A stretch of DNA of 62,823 bases from Gammaproteobacteria bacterium (GCA_030834065.1 JAURFX010000001.1:1-62823), one strand, 5' to 3'. Counted from the first letter of the stretch, positions 28,239 through 37,692 are shown. The notes: generated by a model not told the origin, from the letters alone. Numbers and translations: made by a program.

Positions 28239-29095
28239 AAAGCAGTTCTATTTCTTCAATTATGGACCACCAATTGAATCAATACTCAGGCTATGCTATC
28301 CCAAATGAGAAGTATTCTTACCAGTTGCTATCATCAAGCTTTAGGGCATGTAGCTACAAGGCAAAATCAGAAAAAAATATCTTTTTTGTGAAACAGTTTT
28401 CTAAAAAAGAAGAAATGTTTTGTCTTCCCTTTAAATTACAGAAGTTACTTTTAACAGAGTTATCACATCATGAGCTTACTCCAAAACTGATCATGATTGA
28501 TGCTGAAAATAGAATTATTGTTCAGGAATGGATTGAAAGCGTTGCTGAAATTAAAGGCATGAAAGAATATACCTTACTATTAGAAAAGGTGAGCCATTTG
28601 CATCGTATGCCCATCAAGACTAAATTAAAAAATATAAATTTATTAAATATAGTCGTACATTATGTTTCTCAGCTGAAAAGCTCTGACAAAGATGTACTGA
28701 TGAGCATCATCGATGAAATGAACTTAATTGCTAGGCAATTAATTGAAAAAACGACAACTTTGGTCCCCGTGCATGGAGATTTTTCTTCTATCAATTCGGT
28801 TTTGAAGAATGAAAGATGTTATTTGCTTGATCTTGAGTATGCGTCCTATGCTCCCCCAGAAGTAGATTTCGCAAATTTAATTGTTGAGGATCAAATTCAA
28901 GATCCTCTTTTTTCACTTATGAAGAATTACTTTTTTACATTGCATCCTGACTATGATTTTAAGAATTTAGAATTATGGCTAGCATTTATTTTTTTAAGAA
29001 ATAATCTATGGAGAGTGATCCATGACCAAAAAAATGTAGAATCTATAGAATCAGAATACAATGATTTTAAGTCTAACTATAATTTGGCTATATGA
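28235..29095 (+). CDS. APH/choline-kinase-fold phosphotransferase, probable thiamine kinase (ThiK-like)
   Basis: It has the catalytic loop HGDFSSIN (H-x-D-x4-N) and the metal-binding LLDLEYAS, as in E. coli ThiK (LIDWEYAG). It overlaps the Pnu gene by 4 nt. Confidence 0.6.
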   Translation: MKSSSISSIMDHQLNQYSGYAIPNEKYSYQLLSSSFRACSYKAKSEKNIFFVKQFSKKEEMFCLPFKLQKLLLTELSHHELTPKLIMIDAENRIIVQEWIESVAEIKGMKEYTLLLEKVSHLHRMPIKTKLKNINLLNIVVHYVSQLKSSDKDVLMSIIDEMNLIARQLIEKTTTLVPVHGDFSSINSVLKNERCYLLDLEYASYAPPEVDFANLIVEDQIQDPLFSLMKNYFFTLHPDYDFKNLELWLAFIFLRNNLWRVIHDQKNVESIESEYNDFKSNYNLAI

Positions 29096-29964
29096 CTGAA
29101 ATAAAAAAGGTTGGATTTATTGGACTAGGCGTTATGGGTTTTCCTATGGCTGGTTGGTTAAGCAAAGAATTTGATTGCGCTGTTTTCAATAGAGATAAGG
29201 TCAAAGCAGATAAGTGGATAAAGCAATATCAAGGAGCAATAGCTGAGGATTTTGCTTTATTGTTTAAAACATGTGATGCAGTTGTGACATGCTTGAGAGA
29301 CGATGAGTCCCTTAGAGCCTTACTGATAGAGTCCAAGGTATTATCAACTATGAAAAACGGTGCATTGCTAATTGATCATACTACTGCCTCCGAGACGATT
29401 GCGAGGGAATTACATCTGCTTGCAGAGAAAAATCAAATTGGTTTTTTAGATGCGCCTGTTTCTGGTGGTGAATCTGGCGCGGTTAATGGGCAATTAACTG
29501 TCATGGTAGGTGGCGACCAGCAGATTTACAACAAAGCTAAGCCAATTCTTGATTGCTACAGTAAGCGACATGTTCTAGTTGGCGAGGGGGGTCACGGGCA
29601 ATTGGCAAAAATGGTAAATCAAATAGCACTCGCTGGTCTTATTCAGGGCTTATCTGAGGCGCTCGCATTCGGAAAGAAATCTGGTATCGATATTGGTAGA
29701 GTAGTTGAGGCTATTTCTCAAGGAGCTGCACAATCCTGGCAGATGGATAATCGTGCTCATACCATGCTTCAAGATGAGTTCGATTTTGGATTCGCCAATG
29801 AGCTCATGAATAAAGATTTGCTTTTATGCATTGATGTAGCCAAAAGAAATAATATTTCCTTACCGGTATTGGGTTTAGTGCAAAAGCTTTATGAAAGACT
29901 TATTCAAAAAGGCCATCCTCGATGGGATACCTCTAGTTTGATAAACTTGATTCGAGATCCTTAA
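29092..29964 (+). CDS. NAD(P)-dependent beta-hydroxyacid dehydrogenase (3-hydroxyisobutyrate dehydrogenase family)
   Basis: It has a Rossmann N-terminus (GFIGLGVMGFPMA), DAPVSGG and the catalytic-lysine region GQLAKMVNQ. 290 aa. An ATGA overlap joins it to the kinase gene. Confidence 0.8.
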   Translation: MTEIKKVGFIGLGVMGFPMAGWLSKEFDCAVFNRDKVKADKWIKQYQGAIAEDFALLFKTCDAVVTCLRDDESLRALLIESKVLSTMKNGALLIDHTTASETIARELHLLAEKNQIGFLDAPVSGGESGAVNGQLTVMVGGDQQIYNKAKPILDCYSKRHVLVGEGGHGQLAKMVNQIALAGLIQGLSEALAFGKKSGIDIGRVVEAISQGAAQSWQMDNRAHTMLQDEFDFGFANELMNKDLLLCIDVAKRNNISLPVLGLVQKLYERLIQKGHPRWDTSSLINLIRDP

Positions 29965-30463
29965 TATATTTTTTTGATAAATTTACGTAGTGTAGGGCAT
30001 TTAATCGAATGGCATTGATTTCTTCCTCTGTCACTTCACGAATAAGTTTAGCTGGTGCGCCTAAAATTAATGATCTTGGTGGAAAAGATTTATCCTCTGT
30101 GACTAAGGCCCCGGCTCCTACGATTGATTCAATACCTATATTAGCCCTGCTCAGAATGGTGCTCCCCATCCCAATTAAACAATAATCCCCGATTGAGCAG
30201 GCATGCACTATAGCAGCATGACCAACGGTAACATTTGTCCCAATTTTAACAGGACTTCCTTTGTCAACATGCAGCACACTCCCATCTTGAATATTTGAAT
30301 TTTCACCAATCACAATCTCATCATTATCCGCTCTAAGCACAGTATTAAACCAGATGCTTGCATTGGCATGAAGTGTGACTTTTCCAATTAATACTGAAGA
30401 GGGTGCAATAAAGTTATTCTCAGGATTTACTGAAGGTATGATTTTTTCAAAAGGCAACAGCAT
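29933..30463 (-). CDS. Gamma-carbonic-anhydrase-like left-handed beta-helix protein (YrdA/PaaY type)
   Basis: It shows hexapeptide repeats and the motifs IWFNTVLRADNDEIVIGENSNIQDGSVLH and VGHAAIVH. 176 aa. Confidence 0.8.
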   Translation of the reverse strand: MLLPFEKIIPSVNPENNFIAPSSVLIGKVTLHANASIWFNTVLRADNDEIVIGENSNIQDGSVLHVDKGSPVKIGTNVTVGHAAIVHACSIGDYCLIGMGSTILSRANIGIESIVGAGALVTEDKSFPPRSLILGAPAKLIREVTEEEINAIRLNALHYVNLSKKYIKDLESSLSN

Positions 30464-30468
30464 AAAAT

Positions 30469-31194
30469 TTATTTTGCTTGATTCGCAACCTCCTTAGCCC
30501 TTTTTGCAATGTCATCTTGATTTCCTAGGTAACCAAATTTTTCCAAGCTCAAATTTTTAGTAAAAACATACTCACGCGGTGCACCTGTGGGAATATTAAC
30601 CTCTAAAATTTTCTGATCATCAATCTCTTCGAGAATTTTAATAAGTGCCCTTAGGCTATTTCCATGAGCGACAATTAAAATATTTTCTCGCGCCAAATGA
30701 GGTTTAATTTTATTTTCCCAATACGGCTGTACTCTTGCTAAGGTGTCTTTAAGCGATTCCGATTTTGGTAGCTCCGTCAGGCTTAGGTTGGGATATTTTT
30801 TCTGATGCGCAATAAATCTTTGGTCATTGTCGTCTAAGGGAGGAGGGGGGATATCAAAACTTCTTCGCCATATTTTGACTTGCTCTTCGCCATACTTTTC
30901 AGCGGTATCTTTTTTATTCAGACCCTCCAGAGCGCCATAGTGTCTCTCATTAAGATGCCAGTCATATGTGATGTGAGCGTTTGTTGTTTTGCCAGCCAGT
31001 ATCCCTTTAAGTGTCTCTTTAGCTCGCGTTAGTTCAGAGCAAAAAATTCGATCAAAGTTATAGTCAGCTAATAATTTTCCTGCCTCAATGGCCTCAATTT
31101 TTCCTTGTTCAGTTAAATCGATGTCTGCCCAACCGGTAAATAAATTTTCTTTATTCCATAGACTTTGCCCATGTCTGACCATTACTAATTTCAT
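30469..31194 (-). CDS. gpmA: 2,3-bisphosphoglycerate-dependent phosphoglycerate mutase
   Basis: Track ORF trimmed to the ATG at 31194 (MKLVMVRHGQSLWNKENLFTGW). It has the RHG catalytic motif and a later AHGNSLRAL. Confidence 0.9.
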   Translation of the reverse strand: MKLVMVRHGQSLWNKENLFTGWADIDLTEQGKIEAIEAGKLLADYNFDRIFCSELTRAKETLKGILAGKTTNAHITYDWHLNERHYGALEGLNKKDTAEKYGEEQVKIWRRSFDIPPPPLDDNDQRFIAHQKKYPNLSLTELPKSESLKDTLARVQPYWENKIKPHLARENILIVAHGNSLRALIKILEEIDDQKILEVNIPTGAPREYVFTKNLSLEKFGYLGNQDDIAKRAKEVANQAK

Positions 31195-31207
31195 ATCTAC
31201 TCCATGA

Positions 31208-32287
31208 TTAGGCCAAGTGAGGTAAAGATAGGTACTCAGTACTTTGCATTTCCTCGATTCGGCTAACTGTTCTTTGAAAAACATTAATCAATTTAGTCCC
31301 ATTATATATTTGATTAAGAGGTACTTCGCTCATAATAAATAAATTGACATGCCTATCATAGAATTCGTCAATGAGAGACATAAATCTTCTTGCTTCATTT
31401 TCATATACTTTATCTAATTGATGAATTCCACTTATGAATACCGTATGAAATCGGCTAGATATTTCGATATAGTCGTTTTGACTTCTTGGTCCAGAACATA
31501 TTTCATCAAAATCAAACCATATATATCCTTGTGAGCGCATCCGATAATTTATCTCTCTTCCTAAAACAGGGATGGATGAACCCACAATAATTTTATTTTT
31601 TGTTAACTTACTAAAATGACTTGTAAAGTCATGGTCCTCTTTTGGAGAGAGCAATAAAAATGTTTTAGAGTCTTGAATTGCAGAAAGTCTATAATCCTCA
31701 TCGCCGATTAAATTGAAAACCTTCATATGCTCTTGGATAAATTTAATGGCAGGTAAGAATCTATCTCTCTGCAAGCCATTTTTATAAAGATCGCTTGGAT
31801 GAGAGTTAGAGGTCGTGACAATGACTGTTCCATTGAGTGTCAGCGATTTAAATAACGAACCTAGAATCATTGCGTCACCAATATCCTCAACGATAAGTTC
31901 GTCAAGGCATAAAAGATCAATTTGTGAAGATAAGTCTTTAGCGACGAGATTAATCGGATCCTCCCGATCTTTTTGTTTATTTAAATTTTCGTGAATTAGC
32001 TTCATAAATCTATAGAAGTGCATTCTTTCTTTTGCTTTGATATTGGTATTATCAAAAAAGAGATCCATCAAGAAGGTTTTGCCTCTCCCAACAGGACCAT
32101 AGAGGTACAAGCCAGGTGGCTTATTTTGTTTTTTAAGTAGGATTTTAGTGAAAAGTGAGTTTTTCAATTTGTCAAAGTTGAGAAGCTCAATTTCCAGACT
32201 TTGTAATTGCTTTGCCGCTTTTTCTTGATAGGTATCAGCGACGATTTCACCATTTTTTATTAAGTTCTGGTATTTTTCAAAAATCAT
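31208..32287 (-). CDS. zapE: AFG1-like ATPase / cell division protein ZapE
   Basis: Walker A GPVGRGKTFLMD and Walker B LLCLDEL. 359 aa. Confidence 0.8.
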   Translation of the reverse strand: MIFEKYQNLIKNGEIVADTYQEKAAKQLQSLEIELLNFDKLKNSLFTKILLKKQNKPPGLYLYGPVGRGKTFLMDLFFDNTNIKAKERMHFYRFMKLIHENLNKQKDREDPINLVAKDLSSQIDLLCLDELIVEDIGDAMILGSLFKSLTLNGTVIVTTSNSHPSDLYKNGLQRDRFLPAIKFIQEHMKVFNLIGDEDYRLSAIQDSKTFLLLSPKEDHDFTSHFSKLTKNKIIVGSSIPVLGREINYRMRSQGYIWFDFDEICSGPRSQNDYIEISSRFHTVFISGIHQLDKVYENEARRFMSLIDEFYDRHVNLFIMSEVPLNQIYNGTKLINVFQRTVSRIEEMQSTEYLSLPHLA

Positions 32288-34217
32288 AGCTCTTTCTAAA
32301 TTCGAAGAAAAAATCCAGAGAGTCTTTATTGCTTACTGACTCAATGTTGTTAATTTTTCCAGTTTCAAGAATCTCCTTAACCGCTAGCTCCATAATTTTA
32401 CCATTAGCAGTTCTAGGTAAATCTGAAACCATATGTATTTGATTAGGAATATGATGCGGAGAAGCATATTTCCTAAGGGTAGAATTTATTTTTTCATGCA
32501 ATAACTGATTCATTTGAATGCCTTCATTAAGAACAATAAAGAGAAGAATTTGATCTTTGTCATGATTACTTAGCATGACGGCTAAACTTTCTTTAATTCC
32601 TGAAATGGCATTGGTGACCTGATATATCTCATTTGTTCCGATACGAATACCAGCCCTATTTAGAACGGCATCTGAACGACCGTAAAGAATAATGGATCCA
32701 TCAATTGTCCTTTCAGCAAAATCTCCATGCCTCCATATATCTGGATATGTTTCAAAATAGGCTTTTTTATATTTCTCACTCTCCATGTCATTCCAAAAAT
32801 AAATAGGTTTTGATGGAAAAGATTGCTTGCAGACTAACTCCCCCTTGCTTTTTATAATTGAATTGCCAGCTTCATCAAAAACATCAACATCCATCCCAAG
32901 TCCAATAGACTGGATTTCACCTGCATAAACTGGCTTTAAGGGGTTACCGAGTACAAAACATGATATTAGATCGGTACCCCCTGCTATAGAAGATAATTGA
33001 ACATCTTCCTTAACATGTTCATATACATATTTAAAGTTATCTTCGCTCAATGGCGATCCAGTCGATAAGATTACTCTCATCTGATCGAAATTGAAGTCTT
33101 TGATCGGATTGACTTCAGTATTTTTGCAATGGTTTATATAGGCTGCACTGGTGCCAAATACATTAATAGCCTCGTCTTCAGCAAGTTTCCATAGCCTTGA
33201 ACTATCTGGGTAGAATGGAGATCCCTCCCATAAGATTATTGTTGCATTGGATGCTAGGCTTGATACTAGCCAATGCCACATCATCCAGCTACATGTCGAG
33301 TAATAGAAAACTCTATCAAAATCTTGAATATTACAATGCAGCAAGTGTTCTTTTTTGTGCTGAATGAGCGTTCCGCCCTGACCATGAACTATAGCTTTTG
33401 GCCTGCCGGTAGTACCGGATGAATACAAAATATAGAGAGGATGATTAAAAGGAAGTGATAGAAATTCATCCTCCTCATTGTGTGAGTACAAATCTTGCAT
33501 GCGAGTCGCCACTACTTGATTTTTAGAGCCTACTTTGTGATCGCCTATCAAAATAAGATGCTCCAATGAATCAATATCATTTAGGATTGACTCAATTTCT
33601 CTAACCCTATTAAATTTCTCTCCCTTAAATGAATATTGAGTATGCGCAAAAAGAACTTTTGGCGTGACTTGACCGATTCTCTCGATAAAAGCAGTTGCCC
33701 CGAAATCTGGTGAGCAGGCAGTCCAAATGCATCCAATCATGTTGCTTGCCAGCATTGCAATGACAGCCTCAGGTGTATTTGAAAGATATCCCGCTACGCG
33801 ATCCCCTGATCTCAGACCGATCGATCTAAGAAAACCTGCAGTACTTTTTACTTTTTGAATCAATTCAGTTCTATCAATGGTTTTCCTTACGCCACTCTCA
33901 TCAACGTAAATAATTGCTACTGGGTTTGATTGGTTGAGAAGTAAATTCTCAGAAAAACTTAACTGATGATCTGGAAACCACTCTGAGCTAGTGAAATGAT
34001 CATTTTCCACGAAGATTCTCGAGGACTCCTTTTTAAAATCTATCTTTGAATACTCAGCGAAGGCATGCCAAAATTTTTCAGGATGATTTACAGACCATTT
34101 CCAAAAAAGCTCATACGTATGAGAGTCAGGGTCAAAGTTTTGAGTCTGCATAAATTTTGCGAGGTGGGACTCAATGAAGCTTTTGCTACTAGGCTTCCAT
34201 AAGGGCACTCTATCCAT
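32277..34217 (-). CDS. Acetoacetyl-CoA synthetase (acetoacetate--CoA ligase)
   Basis: 646 aa. It has the AMP-binding motif YSSGTTGRPKAIVH and the N-terminal PLWKPS...F region typical of acetoacetyl-CoA synthetases. Confidence 0.8.
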   Translation of the reverse strand: MDRVPLWKPSSKSFIESHLAKFMQTQNFDPDSHTYELFWKWSVNHPEKFWHAFAEYSKIDFKKESSRIFVENDHFTSSEWFPDHQLSFSENLLLNQSNPVAIIYVDESGVRKTIDRTELIQKVKSTAGFLRSIGLRSGDRVAGYLSNTPEAVIAMLASNMIGCIWTACSPDFGATAFIERIGQVTPKVLFAHTQYSFKGEKFNRVREIESILNDIDSLEHLILIGDHKVGSKNQVVATRMQDLYSHNEEDEFLSLPFNHPLYILYSSGTTGRPKAIVHGQGGTLIQHKKEHLLHCNIQDFDRVFYYSTCSWMMWHWLVSSLASNATIILWEGSPFYPDSSRLWKLAEDEAINVFGTSAAYINHCKNTEVNPIKDFNFDQMRVILSTGSPLSEDNFKYVYEHVKEDVQLSSIAGGTDLISCFVLGNPLKPVYAGEIQSIGLGMDVDVFDEAGNSIIKSKGELVCKQSFPSKPIYFWNDMESEKYKKAYFETYPDIWRHGDFAERTIDGSIILYGRSDAVLNRAGIRIGTNEIYQVTNAISGIKESLAVMLSNHDKDQILLFIVLNEGIQMNQLLHEKINSTLRKYASPHHIPNQIHMVSDLPRTANGKIMELAVKEILETGKINNIESVSNKDSLDFFFEFRKSYDF

Positions 34218-34950
34218 TCAAAAGCTCTTCACCAGTAATTTTAGAGAAATTATTTCTTATATTTTCAGCCATGACTAAAGGCTCTTCAAATTCTTCAGGT
34301 CGGATTAACTGGTCAAACGTTAAAGATAGTCTTGAGTATTTTAAAAACCAGGAACCTGAAGTCAGCATTTTTCTCGCACCACTGATGGCCATTGATACGA
34401 TGGGAACCTTCTCCTCATGGGCAACAGAAATGCTACTTAGATGAAACTTTTTGATTCCAGGATTTTTCGAAAAAGTCCCTTCAGGAAAAAGTGCAACCCT
34501 TCCTCCATTTTTTAGCTTAGTTCTAATGGCTAGCAGTGAATCTGCTCTCGAGCTCCTAGATTTTCTTTTAACAAAAATTGAATCAATTCTCATAAGAAAT
34601 AATCCAACGAATGGCACTGTTTTGACCTCATCTTTTATCAAGAAAGAGGTGTCCTTAGGCAGTGAAGCTCGCATGATAACTGCATCAATATAACTTGTAT
34701 GATTGATGAGAATTAGAGCATTCCTAGGAATTAAATTATCAGAGGCATTGGTTATCTTTTGGCCCATCAGTAGGAGTAATGCTTGAGCGGTCATTTTACA
34801 AAATGCCTGCCTGTATGAAAGCTTTGGGGAAAGCGTTACGAGCAAATATCCTGGAATGATGACAATAATAAATGCTAAGTAACACCAACAACAATAAATT
34901 AGGTTAAATATAAATCGCGTTATCATAATAGTAGTAAGCTTAATAGGCAT
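34210..34950 (-). CDS. PlsC-family lysophospholipid (1-acyl-sn-glycerol-3-phosphate) acyltransferase
   Basis: It has an N-terminal TM helix, the NHTSYID (H-x4-D) catalytic motif and FPEGT. Confidence 0.75.
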   Translation of the reverse strand: MPIKLTTIMITRFIFNLIYCCWCYLAFIIVIIPGYLLVTLSPKLSYRQAFCKMTAQALLLLMGQKITNASDNLIPRNALILINHTSYIDAVIMRASLPKDTSFLIKDEVKTVPFVGLFLMRIDSIFVKRKSRSSRADSLLAIRTKLKNGGRVALFPEGTFSKNPGIKKFHLSSISVAHEEKVPIVSMAISGARKMLTSGSWFLKYSRLSLTFDQLIRPEEFEEPLVMAENIRNNFSKITGEELLNG

Positions 34951-34976
34951 TTATATTTAATAGAAGGTTACCTAAC

Positions 34977-35870
34977 TTGAATAAAAATATAACATTAATT
35001 GAGCAATTTATTGATTATGTTTGGTCTGAACTGGGCTTGGCTGACAATACCATCAAATCATACAGCAATGATCTGAGTCATTTTGATAACTATATAAAGA
35101 CAAATAAAAAAAATATCCAAGATGTTGATGAAAGTCTCATAAAGCAATACATCGGTCAATGCGTGCTTAATGGGATTACAGCTAGAACTCAAGCCAGAAA
35201 ACTTAGCACCCTAAGAAAATTTTATGCATATTTGATGCAGCATAATTTCATTAAGATAAACCCAACATCCCAAATCAATTTACCAAAAATTGGAAAGTCT
35301 TTGCCAAAGACCCTGACTGAGGATGAGGTCATAAAATTATTGGCAGCACCTGATGGAAAGAAGCTTATTGGCATGCGAGATAAAGCGATGCTTGAACTAA
35401 TGTATGCAACGGGAATTAGAACTTCAGAGCTTGTCTCACTGAAATTAAATCAGGTCAATTTCGAGCAAGGCCTGATTAGATTGATGGGAAAAGGTAATAA
35501 AGAGAGGATTGTCCCTATTGGGGAGATAGCTTTAGATGTGCTTGAAGATTATGTTCTGCATCATCGCCCCATCTTGGTCAAAGAAAAATTATCTGATTAT
35601 TTATTTCCAAGCCAGAAGGCAGTGTATATGTCCAGACAGGGTTTCTGGCAGCTGATAAAGCGATACGCGCGACAAGTTGGTATTACTAAACCCATATCAC
35701 CACATACCGTGAGACATGCTTTTGCCACGCACTTGATCAATCATGGTGCGGATCTAAGGGTCGTTCAAATGCTATTAGGACATAGCGATGTCGCAACGAC
35801 GCAAATTTATACCCATGTTGCCAGAGAACGAATGAAGGCGGCACATAGCAAGCATCACCCAAGAGGATGA
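34977..35870 (+). CDS. xerD: Tyrosine recombinase XerD
   Basis: 297 aa with the R...HxxR...Y catalytic set (ATGIRTSEL; HTVRHAFATHL; LGHSDVATTQIYTH). It keeps the conserved xerD-dsbC synteny. The start is TTG. Confidence 0.85.
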   Translation: MNKNITLIEQFIDYVWSELGLADNTIKSYSNDLSHFDNYIKTNKKNIQDVDESLIKQYIGQCVLNGITARTQARKLSTLRKFYAYLMQHNFIKINPTSQINLPKIGKSLPKTLTEDEVIKLLAAPDGKKLIGMRDKAMLELMYATGIRTSELVSLKLNQVNFEQGLIRLMGKGNKERIVPIGEIALDVLEDYVLHHRPILVKEKLSDYLFPSQKAVYMSRQGFWQLIKRYARQVGITKPISPHTVRHAFATHLINHGADLRVVQMLLGHSDVATTQIYTHVARERMKAAHSKHHPRG

Positions 35871-36613
35871 ATAAATTGATACTATCGAGTTATAATAATT
35901 GTATGAAAATATTCGGTTTTGTTTTCTTTTTAGTTTTAACATCCTTGAGCTCGGCTCAGGATGTGCTCTCACCAGAGGAGATAGCAGCGCTTTTTCCGGC
36001 AGTCCTTCCAAGTGATGTTTTTGAGTCTCCAATTGATGGTTTTTATGAGGTTGCTCTAGATACATCTATTGCCTATGTCAGTATGGATGGAAAGTATATT
36101 CTTCAGGGTGATCTGTATTCTATTGATTCAAGAGAAAATTTATCTGACCTCCGGCGCGCGGAGATTCGAATTAATATGATCAACTCAGTTGATCATGAAA
36201 AGACGATTGTTTTTTCTCCCGAGACAAAGAATTATAAAATCTTTGTCTTTACCGATGTGGACTGTGGTTATTGCAGACAATTCCATAGAGATATTAATCA
36301 GGTGCTTGATTTGGGAGTAGAGGTAGAATACTTATTTTATCCACGCACGGGGCCCAATACCGAGTCATGGTCTAAGGCGGAGAGCGTATGGTGTTCACAG
36401 AATCGACAAGAGGCGATAACGCAGGCAAAAGCAACTGGCTCCATTAATGCGCAATCTTGCTTTGGTTCACCTGTTAGCGATCACTTTAATTTAGGCCAGA
36501 GAGTCGGCATCAGAGGAACACCTGCGATTTTTGATGAAAACGGTATTCAGCTTGGCGGTTATTTAAGCCCTGAGATGCTTATTCAAAGGCTATCGGAGTT
36601 GGATCCGTCCTAG
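35867..36613 (+). CDS. dsbC: Thiol:disulfide interchange protein DsbC
   Basis: It has a signal peptide and the thioredoxin-fold active site DVDCGYCRQ. 248 aa. An alternative start at 35903 (MKIFGF...) is equally plausible. Confidence 0.8.
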   Translation: MNKLILSSYNNCMKIFGFVFFLVLTSLSSAQDVLSPEEIAALFPAVLPSDVFESPIDGFYEVALDTSIAYVSMDGKYILQGDLYSIDSRENLSDLRRAEIRINMINSVDHEKTIVFSPETKNYKIFVFTDVDCGYCRQFHRDINQVLDLGVEVEYLFYPRTGPNTESWSKAESVWCSQNRQEAITQAKATGSINAQSCFGSPVSDHFNLGQRVGIRGTPAIFDENGIQLGGYLSPEMLIQRLSELDPS

Positions 36614-36670
36614 TTGAATTTTTTTGCATTTGAAGCTATTTTGAAACTATCAATCCATCGGAGAGCATTT

Positions 36671-37603
36671 ATGAGATTACTTTCATTGTCACTTTTCCTG
36701 CTTACATCAAGCCTGTTCGCGCAAGGTCCTGAGTGGGCTTATCAGTCAGTTACAGAGGAAATCCCTGAGGCTCATCATTTTGATCCAAATGAATTAAGAT
36801 CAGTACCGGGTAGTGATTTACAACTTACGCAGGATCAAATAGATGATCACTGGAACCCACCTGATTGGTTTCCAAACGATCATGCTCCTTGGCCAGCGAT
36901 TGTTGCTCATGGAAAAGGAAGAGAGGTAAGAGCATGCGCAGCTTGTCATCTCGCATCTGGTATGGGACATCCAGAGTCCTCGCAGCTCGCTGGATATCCT
37001 GTTAGCTATCTTGTAAGACAGATGGAGTACTTTAGAACAGGAGAGAGGACTGATCGTTATTGGATGAATAGGTTTGCCGAGTACATCAGCGATGAGGAGA
37101 TTCTTGAGGCCGCAGAATATTTTTCAGCTATCGAGCCAATTAAATGGGTCATGGATGTCATTGAGACGGATACGGTACCAAGAACTTATATCGGTGATGG
37201 AAGAATGAGGTTTATTCATCCAGATGGTGGCACTGAAGAGCTTGGTTATAAGATTATCGAGGTGCCAGAAGACAGAGAATTGGCGACGACAAGGCATCCT
37301 TACTCTGGATTTATCGCCTATACTCCGGTTGGAAGTATTGAGAGGGGCAGAAATTTAGTCACGACAGGCGGTGGAAAAACCTTGCCCTGCGCAGCGTGCC
37401 ATGGAGCAGACTTACGAGGTGGTTTTTTAGATTACCCTGGTATTGCAGGAGGCTCGCCCGTATACAGCATTAGACAGCTGTATGATTTCCAAACTGGGAC
37501 TAGAGGTGGCGCCATGGGGGCCTTGATGTCGCCGGTCGTCGCAAATCTCACGACTGAGGACATGGTCGATATTGTTGCCTACTTGGCAACTCTTGATCCT
37601 TGA
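36671..37603 (+). CDS. Periplasmic dihaem c-type cytochrome
   Basis: Trimmed to the ATG at 36671 (MRLLSLSLFLLTSSLFAQG signal). Two CAACH haem-binding motifs are present. Confidence 0.7.
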   Translation: MRLLSLSLFLLTSSLFAQGPEWAYQSVTEEIPEAHHFDPNELRSVPGSDLQLTQDQIDDHWNPPDWFPNDHAPWPAIVAHGKGREVRACAACHLASGMGHPESSQLAGYPVSYLVRQMEYFRTGERTDRYWMNRFAEYISDEEILEAAEYFSAIEPIKWVMDVIETDTVPRTYIGDGRMRFIHPDGGTEELGYKIIEVPEDRELATTRHPYSGFIAYTPVGSIERGRNLVTTGGGKTLPCAACHGADLRGGFLDYPGIAGGSPVYSIRQLYDFQTGTRGGAMGALMSPVVANLTTEDMVDIVAYLATLDP

Positions 37604-37605
37604 TG

Positions 37606-37692
37606 TGGTGCCGAGAGTCGGAGTCGAACCGACACACTGTTGCCAGTACCGGATTTTGAATCCGGCGCGTCTACCAATTCCGCCATCCCGGC
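37606..37692 (-). tRNA. tRNA-Leu (anticodon CAA)
   Basis: The reverse complement folds as a cloverleaf. Parts: GCCGGGA acceptor; GGCGGAATTGGTAGACGC D-arm; CCGGA-TTCAAAA-TCCGG anticodon arm (CAA); long variable arm; GTCGG-TTCGACT-CCGAC T-arm; TCTCGGC-ACCA 3' end. 87 nt. Confidence 0.9.

Noticed and set aside
34977-35870. A tyrosine recombinase as a marker of a mobile element.
   Set aside because: It has full XerD-like length and motifs and keeps the conserved xerD-dsbC chromosomal synteny. It is a housekeeping dimer-resolution recombinase.
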